Shown one piece after another: positions 29,463 through 37,570 of a DNA stretch of 64,000 nucleotides (the stretch's first letter is position 1; the number at the start of each line of letters is the position of its first letter). This stretch comes from an uncultured Bacteroidia bacterium. GTDB taxonomy: Bacteria > Bacteroidota > Bacteroidia > Bacteroidales > Prolixibacteraceae. The position numbers were made by a program, and so were the translations under genes. Location of the stretch: the NCBI GenBank assembly GCA_903904515.1, contig CAIVCR010000060.1, positions 30,008 to 94,007 on the forward strand. Reading direction: 5' to 3'. Under the pieces are notes generated by a model. That model was given only the letters and a program-made list of their open reading frames with translations. It was not told the DNA's origin and made no database searches.

Positions 29463-29728
29463 AACTCAACTATTGAAGCCAAAATTCCCAACCCAACCAG
29501 AACAATACCTGTAATCAGTTTCTGATTTTTTATACGTTTTAAATTTGGATGACATCACACTCTCAGACGATTTTATTTCAGTCGGGAATCCAATCGAACA
29601 AAGAACCTTCTGTAAATTGATGTAATTGGATATTTAATGTTTTGTCTGCATATTCATTTGAAACTCTTTCTGTCGCCGCCAGGCGGCTTAAGATTCGTTA
29701 TGATTTGTTTTTTAAAAGTATTAAAATA

Positions 29729-29820
29729 GCCACAAAGTCGCCAAGACACTAAGGTTCTCAAAGTATTGAAATAGAAAGAAATACATTTAGTGTAACTTTG
29801 AGTCTTAGAGCCTTAGTGGC
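29729..29820. repeat. Palindromic CTTAGTG/CACTAAG-word element
   Basis: GCCACAAAGTCGCCAAGACACTAAGGTTCTCAAAGT ... ACTTTGAGTCTTAGAGCCTTAGTGGC. Related core at 62609-62687. Confidence 0.6.
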
Positions 29821-29972
29821 ATTTTTTGTATTCCCAATCCTCGCAATCTTATTGAGCCTAAAATACGTCATTTATTTATACTCATAACTTAGTTCATTAT
29901 CCCAGTTTCGTTTCACTACCCTGGGGTTATTGGTTTCGTAATTCTTTGATTCTGTTTATATCCTTCAAAAAT

Positions 29973-30671
29973 TTATGCCGAAAAATAGTTTTCCAGCTCG
30001 GCCAAAGCGCTCCCGTCATTCTGAAGATCAAGGATTATTGATCCTTTTTCGATCAATGCCACCCTATGGCTGATGTCGGTAATGTGATTCAGGTCGTGAC
30101 TCGAGATAACCATTGTCGCATTTGTCTTTTTATTGTAATCGACCAGGATCCGCTTTAGTAAGATCTGCGAAGTGGGATCGAGGCTGTTAAACGGTTCATC
30201 GAGAATGATTACCTTAGGATCAGTAATCAACGCCGAAACTATACCAATCTTTTGCTTGTTCCCTTTTGAGAACTCCCTGATCAGCTTTTTCCTCTGACCT
30301 AAAATCTCACCATTGAAAAAAACTTTAAATTCCTGTAATTTCTCATCAATCTCTGCTTTTGAAAATCCATATTCATCCCCAATATAATGGAAATACTCCT
30401 CGGGTGTGAGAAAATCAATCAAAAACCCTTCATCCAAATAGGAAGAGGTATAGGCTTTCCAGTTTTCTGACCTGGCAACTTTAAATTCACCGGAAACCAC
30501 AGCCCCTTTATCAGCCCTGATCAGATCGAGTATGAGTCGAAGCAAGGTGGTTTTTCCTGCTCCGTTATTACCCACGAGCCCAAAAATCTCACTTTGCTTA
30601 ATTTCCAGTTCCTTTATAAACAAGACAATCCGTTGATTGTATGCCTTACCCAGATTTGTGATTGTGATCAT
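29973..30671 (-). CDS. ABC transporter ATP-binding protein
   Basis: Walker A GNNGAGKTT, signature-like FSKGNKQK, Walker B IILDEPF, H-loop SSHD. Confidence 0.85.
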   Translation of the reverse strand: MITITNLGKAYNQRIVLFIKELEIKQSEIFGLVGNNGAGKTTLLRLILDLIRADKGAVVSGEFKVARSENWKAYTSSYLDEGFLIDFLTPEEYFHYIGDEYGFSKAEIDEKLQEFKVFFNGEILGQRKKLIREFSKGNKQKIGIVSALITDPKVIILDEPFNSLDPTSQILLKRILVDYNKKTNATMVISSHDLNHITDISHRVALIEKGSIILDLQNDGSALAELENYFSA

Positions 30672-30685
30672 AAACGTTGTCTGAT

Positions 30686-32167
30686 TTAAATTGAGAGGTA
30701 ACGGTATCCTTCCAGGTTTGTATATTTCCTCCTTTTAAATTGAGGGACAATTATTTTTTTTATCCACCAATTGTTGAATGTAACAAAGAGCAGACCGGGA
30801 ATGGCGATCGCCAACTCTCCGGCAATTGGATTAAAATAGTATTTAAACAGGCTGAAAATCCCCACTGGCAAAAAAATGAAAATCAAAGAGATCAGAAACT
30901 GGTTCCCTTTAATCCCCTTATAATTAAAAAAACGACTCTTGCTCAGATCCATTCGACCATCATTAAATGTGCTAAAAAAAAGAATAATAAAACTGTTGAC
31001 ACCAATAGTGAATATTAAGACTGAGCAAATAAGATAAGGATCAATAGTTTGCATATATCCAAAAAAGATGAAAAGTGGAATAAAAGACAGAATGGATAGT
31101 GCAGATAACAGGTAATATTTGGCTTTTACATAATTTGCAAAGTTATTTTTCCGGGCCATGATGCTGTCAAAATAAGAACTCTCCCAGCTGAATATAAACT
31201 GGCCATAATTGTTAGCACCATAACCTATCAGCGAGGTCACGACAATTAAATTAAAAAACGGACCAAAAGGGTCTTTCGAATTTGAAATAATGAACATAAA
31301 ATAGATGATTATAACTGGAACCATAACCATCATCTGTCGGGGGCGTTTATTCCGTAAAAGCAAACTTATTTCCAGGGATAAATAGCGGCCAATTTCCCCG
31401 AATCGTTTAAACTGGTTTTCCCCGATTAGTGCGAAGAAGGTCTTTCGCTCCTTCTTTGATTGAATCCCATCGATATAAAAATTTCGGGATAATAGCCGGC
31501 TTGTGGCATAAATAGTCAGTAAAATGGCTAAAGGCAGAGTCACCAGCAACACCGGATTTCCCGCCAGGATATATTTCCCAAAAGAAACAGACAAATCCGA
31601 AACTGGAAATCCCCAATTATTCACTGAAATCATAAAGGCTTGTAAACCGAAGGGAATAACATAGAGAATGGGTCTTTTTTGAATTAGAAAGCCGATTAGA
31701 ACGGCAAGAAAATTATTGAAGAGTAGTAGTAAAGCAATTACTGCCAAATAGATCACTACTATTCCTGTGCCCGATTGAGGCAAAAGTATCTGAATTGAAA
31801 AGGGGATGATCACGAACCAGGGGATCAGATTAAACAGGTTTACCACACTGCGGCCAAGCAGGTAATTAACGATCTGACTTCGGCGGATGGGTAGTCTTAA
31901 ATAAGGTAAAACTTCAATCGTAGGTAAAGGTTGCAAAAAACACCTCATGAAAAGGTCTGCCGGTAAATACCAGAGTAAAATTGAATTGAACCGGTCGACA
32001 GGATCACCACCTAATTGCCCTAAGATTTTTCCAATATTTAATCCCAGCACTAAAAACGTAATGATAAAATAGAGAATCAGGATTCCAAACAAAATTTTGG
32101 TCAGCAAATTCCTTCTCCACCGCTCATTGCGGATAAATGATTTCCAGAGATGGGAATAGAAATTCAT
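30686..32167 (-). CDS. Polytopic membrane protein (putative permease partner, DUF5687-like)
   Basis: About 12 predicted TM helices, 15 nt upstream of the ABC ATPase gene. The family name is recalled from memory and unverified. Confidence 0.55.
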   Translation of the reverse strand: MNFYSHLWKSFIRNERWRRNLLTKILFGILILYFIITFLVLGLNIGKILGQLGGDPVDRFNSILLWYLPADLFMRCFLQPLPTIEVLPYLRLPIRRSQIVNYLLGRSVVNLFNLIPWFVIIPFSIQILLPQSGTGIVVIYLAVIALLLLFNNFLAVLIGFLIQKRPILYVIPFGLQAFMISVNNWGFPVSDLSVSFGKYILAGNPVLLVTLPLAILLTIYATSRLLSRNFYIDGIQSKKERKTFFALIGENQFKRFGEIGRYLSLEISLLLRNKRPRQMMVMVPVIIIYFMFIISNSKDPFGPFFNLIVVTSLIGYGANNYGQFIFSWESSYFDSIMARKNNFANYVKAKYYLLSALSILSFIPLFIFFGYMQTIDPYLICSVLIFTIGVNSFIILFFSTFNDGRMDLSKSRFFNYKGIKGNQFLISLIFIFLPVGIFSLFKYYFNPIAGELAIAIPGLLFVTFNNWWIKKIIVPQFKRRKYTNLEGYRYLSI

Positions 32168-32188
32168 TTTAATTAAGTTTATGTTTAT

Positions 32189-32929
32189 TTAAAATAGCCC
32201 GTAAAAAATGCAGCCAATCATTCCCAGGTTAAATCCGGCATGGCAAATGATTGCCCCCAAAATTGATCCCGAGTATCTTTTCACAGTTAAAAACAACTTG
32301 CTTATCAGGAACATGCTTCCCACCCAGATTAACGCAGGTAAAATCAGAAAACTCCATTGATCATTTATAAACACCAGTCCGAAATGGGAGATATGGGTTA
32401 AGGCAAATGCCGTTCCTTCAACTGTTCCTGCTTTTTTCTCGCCGATTGATTTTGCAAAACTGGCATGGACGATTCCCCTGAAGAAGAGCTCTTCGCCGAT
32501 CGGGCTGAAGGTCATACCGGTTAAAGCCATGATTGAAAACAGGATTGCCTTGTTGTGCGGATCTATTCCGGGAGGTATTTTGTACGATTTTGCTATGTAG
32601 ACATACCAGTTTTCATGCGAATTGCCATAAAGAACCTCGCCTAAAAAATAAAGGAGGATGCTCACTGCCAGTCCTGAAGCGAAAGCAACAAAAAGCCAGC
32701 TGTATTTTTGAGGTTTGGATATCCCAATTTGTTTGCGGCCGTATTTACCCAGAAAAACAAATGGTGCAATAGCCGAGATAACCATTATAAGGCCGATAGA
32801 ACCGTAACTGCCCGAAGAGTTGGCTTGGAGTACGAGTATAAACCGGGGAACACAAACCAGGAGGATTAAAAAGAGGCCAAACTTCCAGTTAAACGAAAAA
32901 AATCGGGTCCAGAAAGGTCTTAATTCCAT
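32189..32929 (-). CDS. CPBP (CAAX / Abi-domain) intramembrane glutamic endopeptidase
   Basis: GEELFFRG motif 1, FALTHISH motif 2, CHAGFN motif 3, multiple TM helices. Confidence 0.8.
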   Translation of the reverse strand: MELRPFWTRFFSFNWKFGLFLILLVCVPRFILVLQANSSGSYGSIGLIMVISAIAPFVFLGKYGRKQIGISKPQKYSWLFVAFASGLAVSILLYFLGEVLYGNSHENWYVYIAKSYKIPPGIDPHNKAILFSIMALTGMTFSPIGEELFFRGIVHASFAKSIGEKKAGTVEGTAFALTHISHFGLVFINDQWSFLILPALIWVGSMFLISKLFLTVKRYSGSILGAIICHAGFNLGMIGCIFYGLF

Positions 32930-33052
32930 CTTTCCAGTGTAGGTAAGACAGTTTCGGCCATAGCTCTGGCTGCACTCTCCGGCATATTCATTTTTGAGAC
33001 TGCTATATGAATATTTTTCTCAAAGTAGATGTTAATTGATTTCATCTAAGAA

Positions 33053-33469
33053 CTACTCTTTGCTAATCTCAATTTCAGCTTTGTAATCACCCTGTTTAAT
33101 GTTAACTCCCAGTTCAGGATACGGGGTAAGCTTGGTCATTTTAATTCGGTACCCGTCAATTAAGGAATCCGTACGGAATGAATAGAGGGTGTTGAGCACA
33201 AAACTCACGGTATTCTTTGGCGAGGTATAGACAAAACGCACTGCAGCATTTCCTGCCCAAATACACTCCGCACCCTTGGGGCACCTGGAATCATTTAAAA
33301 CAGAGTCAAGCACGATCGAAATCTGGTAATCGGTATTCGTTATCAGCTCTTTATATTTCAGTTCAATCGATTTATCCAAAACCAACGGACTCTGAGTCAG
33401 CTCATTTTTGCAGCAGAAAAGAAGTACTAGCAACAGAATTTCAAACAGTATAAGCTTTTTCATGATCAT
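33053..33469 (-). CDS. Hypothetical small lipoprotein
   Basis: Signal plus Cys (LLFCC). DSRCPKGAECIWAGNA motif. 138 aa. Confidence 0.5.
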   Translation of the reverse strand: MIMKKLILFEILLLVLLFCCKNELTQSPLVLDKSIELKYKELITNTDYQISIVLDSVLNDSRCPKGAECIWAGNAAVRFVYTSPKNTVSFVLNTLYSFRTDSLIDGYRIKMTKLTPYPELGVNIKQGDYKAEIEISKE

Positions 33470-33558
33470 CGAATTTTACGACAGCGTAATTATGCTGTTT
33501 TATTTAACTTCTGTAAAGTTACAATATCGGCTTCTCAATTGTAAGGGGGAATGAAAAT

Positions 33559-33753
33559 TTATTTTAAATGGTTGTTTTTCTTCTCATTGTAGATTTTCCA
33601 GACTGCTTTTAAAAGGATGTACGCTGCAACTCCAGCGATTGGGATTCCCACGGTCCTGATTATTGATCCGGTTGATTTCTGAATTAGTGCACAGATTAGA
33701 AATAAACCTGTCATGATAATTATATCGATTATGGCCTTTCTCAGATACTTCAT
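33559..33753 (-). CDS. Small two-TM membrane protein (hypothetical)
   Basis: 64 aa with two hydrophobic helices. Confidence 0.35.
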   Translation of the reverse strand: MKYLRKAIIDIIIMTGLFLICALIQKSTGSIIRTVGIPIAGVAAYILLKAVWKIYNEKKNNHLK

Positions 33754-33778
33754 AGTGAAATTTAAGGGCGATGAGTCT

Positions 33779-36322
33779 TTATTTTAGCGAAAACTCCGGA
33801 TAAGGTCTGTCGTACCCCTTCATCGCATGCCAGATAATCCGGTTGAAGGTATCCTCATCGATGCGGTCAAAATCATCGAGATCCTGCTCCAGCGATTTTT
33901 TTGCCCACGAAAGCTGTTTGCCTGAGAGCTCCTGGAGTTTAGGATTCAACTGATCAAGCGGGATATTATTGGGTACGGCTTTATAGGGGGTAAAGTCGGG
34001 AGTCTCACCGAAGCAGTCGGACATAGTCTCTGCCGCCAGATCCAATTGATTCATTGGCGGAATACCCAGGATATTCTCCATCGTCCTCACCATATTGATC
34101 TGAGAATAGTAAGTTGAAACAACCTGGTTGCGTTTGGTGTACGGACTGATCACCATCCCCACCGTGCGATGGCCGTCCACATGATCCAACCCATCCTGCG
34201 GGTCGTCCTCCGTAACAAAAATACAGGTCTCCTTCCAAAATTTGCTGTTTGATATCGCCTCGACGATCTGTCCAAGGGCGAGGTCATTATCGGCAACCGC
34301 AGCAGCAGGTGTAGGCATTCCCGGTCGGGTGCCTGAGGTGTGATCTGTGGGTAAAAGCATAATGGTGAAATTCGGGAACTTGCCGGTTTGTTCGAACTGG
34401 TGGAGCTCCTTAATAAATTCAGCGGCGCGATAAGCATCCGACACTTTGTTTGGAAAACCGATAAATGTAGGGCAGGTATACGGGATAATCTGCTCAAGAT
34501 TGGCGACTGCCTTTATTGAAATATTCTTTGTTCCGTTGCGGAAATCCTGGTAAATATCACTAAATGTGGCTGTTTTGGGTTCGATTTCTGCATGCACAAA
34601 TTCTCCATAGTTGCGGAACGAGAGCCCATGGCGCAGCACATTATCCCAGATAAATCCTGAGCTGGCATAAGCGAGTGCATCGTCGCCGCTGTAGGGGTAA
34701 CTCCGTGCAAAATCCCCGAAACACTTTTCGAGGTAATCGGTCACATAAGCTTCGTCGGCCCATTGGTGTCCGTCGGCGCTAAGCACACCGCTGCAGTAAA
34801 AATTGTCCATCAGCACGAACGTCTCAGCCAGTTTATGATGATTGGGGGTTATTTTCCGGCCAAAAATGACCAGCGAGGTATCTCCGTCGGCCTGCTTCAT
34901 GTCGCCGAAGATCTGGTCATAGGTTCTGTTCTCCTTGATAATGTATACCACGTGTTTGAATGGAGAAGCCTGCCCCGGCAACTGAGGGACTGCGAGCTTT
35001 TTCAAACTACTGAGGTTCGAAGGTTGATCGTTCACGTTTTTCGCAAGGGAATTATTCTTACTCACGATAGCTGTCATTCTCAAAAGCTCCTTTCCTCCTG
35101 GGACATCAATAAATGACACACTTCCCAAATGATCGTGCGAATTATATCCACTCTTTTCACTGTTTTTATTCCTTGAACCTGAACCTTTTACATTTGCTAC
35201 GTACAATTGGGTTCCCGCTTTATTGAGGATCACTGATCCGGGATACCAACCGGTAGGAATAAAACCTGTTATTCTATTTTCGGAGCCCAATTCAATCACG
35301 CAAATGGCATTTTCAGTCCCGTTTGCCACATACAGAAATTTTCCATCGGGTGAAACGGTTAAAGCATTTGGGGCACTTCCGAACGGGAGATCTTTATTCA
35401 GGTGAACAGATATTTCACTTCTGACCTCATCCTTTTGGGTATCAATCACAAAAATCTGATCGCTGTTTGCGCAAGCCACATACAGAAGAAGGTGGTCGGG
35501 GCTAAAAGCCATTCCTGAGGGGTGTAATCCAACCTTGATCTCCCTGATTTGTGCATTTTGCTTCAGATCGACCACTGAAACTGTTCCGCTATTGGCAACA
35601 CCTGTTTTGGGGTCAACCAGAACCGGGGTTCCCGAAGAATTATAGGTGGGTTCTCCGGCTACAGGTCTCCTTCCTCCCCAGTTAGTCACATACGCTTTTG
35701 TCTCAGAGAGCAATACAACCTCATAGGGGGCAATTCCCACCGGGATTTCACTTACTGACTTATCTGCCAGATTCACTGTAGCCAACGAATTATTTCGTGT
35801 CAGGGTTACAAAAAGCTTGTCCTCTTTGGAATTCAAAACAAGGCCGCCGGGTCCGGGATCACCCCCAATGGCCGGATTAGGCATCACAACCGGCGTCTCC
35901 CAGCTTAAGGTGTGGTTCTTGTCAAAACCTGCGATCAGCACCTTCGTTGATCCTTCGGAAACATAGATATGGCGGTTATCCTGTGAGGTACAGATTCCTG
36001 TGAAGGAGGCTCCTGTCTTATTTTCAAAAGGGAGAGTTTGCAAAATGCTCTTGTCGCTTACCCTGACCAGTTCAAGGGATCTCATGTTTTTAACAAGGAG
36101 AAACTCCTCATTGGCGATGAACGAAATATCTAAGGGTCTTCCGGGCATATACAGCTGATAACCGGCAGGTCGTAACAGCTGGTTCGAGGGGACCAGAATG
36201 CTCCCGTCGGGTTGAGGACCAACTTTTAAATCAAAGCTGCTACTTTGTGCCTGAATTTCCTGCACGGCAATACTTAGAGCTGCAGCAATAAGTGACTGAA
36301 ATAAGATTTTACGGATTTCCAT
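33779..36322 (-). CDS. Bifunctional YncE-like beta-propeller / phosphoesterase (PLC/AcpA family) secreted protein
   Basis: The N-terminal half has YVTN/lactonase-type blades (LYVACANSDQIFVID, LYVANGTENAICVI). The C-terminal half has VVYIIKENRTYDQIFGD and DDPQDGLDHVDGHRT phosphoesterase motifs. Start at MEIRKILFQ (36322). Confidence 0.8.
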   Translation of the reverse strand: MEIRKILFQSLIAAALSIAVQEIQAQSSSFDLKVGPQPDGSILVPSNQLLRPAGYQLYMPGRPLDISFIANEEFLLVKNMRSLELVRVSDKSILQTLPFENKTGASFTGICTSQDNRHIYVSEGSTKVLIAGFDKNHTLSWETPVVMPNPAIGGDPGPGGLVLNSKEDKLFVTLTRNNSLATVNLADKSVSEIPVGIAPYEVVLLSETKAYVTNWGGRRPVAGEPTYNSSGTPVLVDPKTGVANSGTVSVVDLKQNAQIREIKVGLHPSGMAFSPDHLLLYVACANSDQIFVIDTQKDEVRSEISVHLNKDLPFGSAPNALTVSPDGKFLYVANGTENAICVIELGSENRITGFIPTGWYPGSVILNKAGTQLYVANVKGSGSRNKNSEKSGYNSHDHLGSVSFIDVPGGKELLRMTAIVSKNNSLAKNVNDQPSNLSSLKKLAVPQLPGQASPFKHVVYIIKENRTYDQIFGDMKQADGDTSLVIFGRKITPNHHKLAETFVLMDNFYCSGVLSADGHQWADEAYVTDYLEKCFGDFARSYPYSGDDALAYASSGFIWDNVLRHGLSFRNYGEFVHAEIEPKTATFSDIYQDFRNGTKNISIKAVANLEQIIPYTCPTFIGFPNKVSDAYRAAEFIKELHQFEQTGKFPNFTIMLLPTDHTSGTRPGMPTPAAAVADNDLALGQIVEAISNSKFWKETCIFVTEDDPQDGLDHVDGHRTVGMVISPYTKRNQVVSTYYSQINMVRTMENILGIPPMNQLDLAAETMSDCFGETPDFTPYKAVPNNIPLDQLNPKLQELSGKQLSWAKKSLEQDLDDFDRIDEDTFNRIIWHAMKGYDRPYPEFSLK

Positions 36323-36459
36323 TTGATTATCAAGCGTTAATGGGACATTCTGAACGAGCACCCTAAGACGTTATGCCGTAAGGTTGATTCAGTAAGAACA
36401 GGGGAAATAATACACAATAATAATAAATATATCTGAATCTTAGAAAGGCATTGAGTCGG

Positions 36460-36556
36460 GAGATCGGGTGGGGCAAGGTGGGTCGGGCGAATTTTATTCG
36501 CCCTTTGTTTGCCCGGATTAAAAAAAAATACCGCGAATGCAATTCGCGGGACCCGA
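36460..36556. repeat. R element copy R1 (two-hairpin GC-rich repeat)
   Basis: Hairpin a GGGCGAAT-ttt-ATTCGCCC (36485-36503) followed by TTTGTTTG. Hairpin b CCGCGAAT-gca-ATTCGCGG (36531-36549). One CGCGGGACCCG unit. Confidence 0.8.
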
Positions 36557-36643
36557 CTAGTGACCCAACGCGAGCCCAGGCATTAGGAAAGGAGTTATTC
36601 TGGTTTTTTTTGTCGTATATTTGTAGTATTGACAATTTGAACG

Positions 36644-37480
36644 ATGCGTTACCTTGACCCGAAAAATGATTTGACCTTTAAGCGGATTTTTGGCGAACAT
36701 CCCCATCTGCTTAAGAGTTTCCTCAATGCAGTGATGCCATTGGCGGAGGGAAAGAAAATTGTTTCACTCGAATACCTCCCCGCTGAACTGGTTCCAGAAA
36801 TTCCCATCTTTAAGAATTCGATCATCGACGTGCGATGCGTGGACGAAAAAGGGCAGCAATTTATCGTTGAGATGCAGATGCTCTGGACCGACAGCTTCAA
36901 AAGCCGGGTGCTTTTCAACGCCTCCAAAGCATATATCAGACAGGTGGGGAAAGGGATCCAATACAAAGGATTGCAACCTGTTTACTCGCTGAATATCATC
37001 AATGAGAATTTTGATAGCAAGTCTGAAAATTACCTCCACCATTACAAAATTATTCATACCCAGGAGAGTGAAAAAGTAATTAAAGGACTTGAATTCATTT
37101 TTATTGAACTTCCTAAATTCAAATCAATGCAATTTACTGACAAGCGGTTACAGGTATTATGGCTGCGATTCTTGTCGGAGATCAGCGATCAGCAGGAAGG
37201 GATATCCTCTGATTTCCTGGACGTTCCTGAACTCAGGGAGGCCTCTGAGCTGATTTTGGAGAGTGGATTAACTAAAGGAGAACTGGAGACTTATGACAAA
37301 TACTGGGATTATATCAGCACAGAAAAAACGATTAGAGCTGATTCTTTTGAAACAGGAATAGAACAGGGTATTGAGCAGGAGAAATTAATTATTGTAAGAA
37401 ATGCAAGGGAAATGGGATTATCAACCCCGGATATCTCGAAGCTCACCGGTCTTTCAGAACAGGATATTGAGAGGTTATAG
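36644..37480 (+). CDS. Rpn family recombination-promoting nuclease / PD-(D/E)XK putative transposase
   Basis: The N-terminal MRYLDPKNDLTFKRIFGEHPHLLKSFLNAV...IIDVRCVDEKGQQFIVEMQ pattern is typical of this family, with a C-terminal helical domain. Confidence 0.85.
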   Translation: MRYLDPKNDLTFKRIFGEHPHLLKSFLNAVMPLAEGKKIVSLEYLPAELVPEIPIFKNSIIDVRCVDEKGQQFIVEMQMLWTDSFKSRVLFNASKAYIRQVGKGIQYKGLQPVYSLNIINENFDSKSENYLHHYKIIHTQESEKVIKGLEFIFIELPKFKSMQFTDKRLQVLWLRFLSEISDQQEGISSDFLDVPELREASELILESGLTKGELETYDKYWDYISTEKTIRADSFETGIEQGIEQEKLIIVRNAREMGLSTPDISKLTGLSEQDIERL

Positions 37481-37570
37481 GGGTCGGGCGAATTTTATTC
37501 GCCCTTTGTTTGCCCGGATTAAAAAAAATACCGCGATTGCAAATCGCGGGACCCGGGCGCGGGACCCGGC
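37481..37570. terminator. R element copy R2: bidirectional intrinsic terminator between rpn and NHL-A
   Basis: On the plus strand, GGGCGAAT-ttt-ATTCGCCC is followed by TTTGTTTG. On the minus strand, CCGCGATT-tgc-AATCGCGG is followed by TATTTTTTTT. Two CGCGGGACCCGNN units. It fills the whole gap between the two stop codons. Confidence 0.75.

Noticed and set aside
29463-29972. A possible small TM-peptide gene or ncRNA in the 510-bp gap after ansA. The minus-strand frame reads …KNQKLITGIVLVGLGILASIVEF*.
   Set aside because: That frame has no usable start codon before an upstream stop. The alternative ATG frame gives a 29-aa non-hydrophobic peptide with no support. I found no tRNA-like T-loop or other RNA signature.
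36363-36657. Two overlapping ORFs (36363-36635 minus, 36451-36657 plus), and 43211-43519 plus.
   Set aside because: They run straight through the R element hairpins and the minisatellite. The same DNA recurs four times as non-coding terminator-like sequence.
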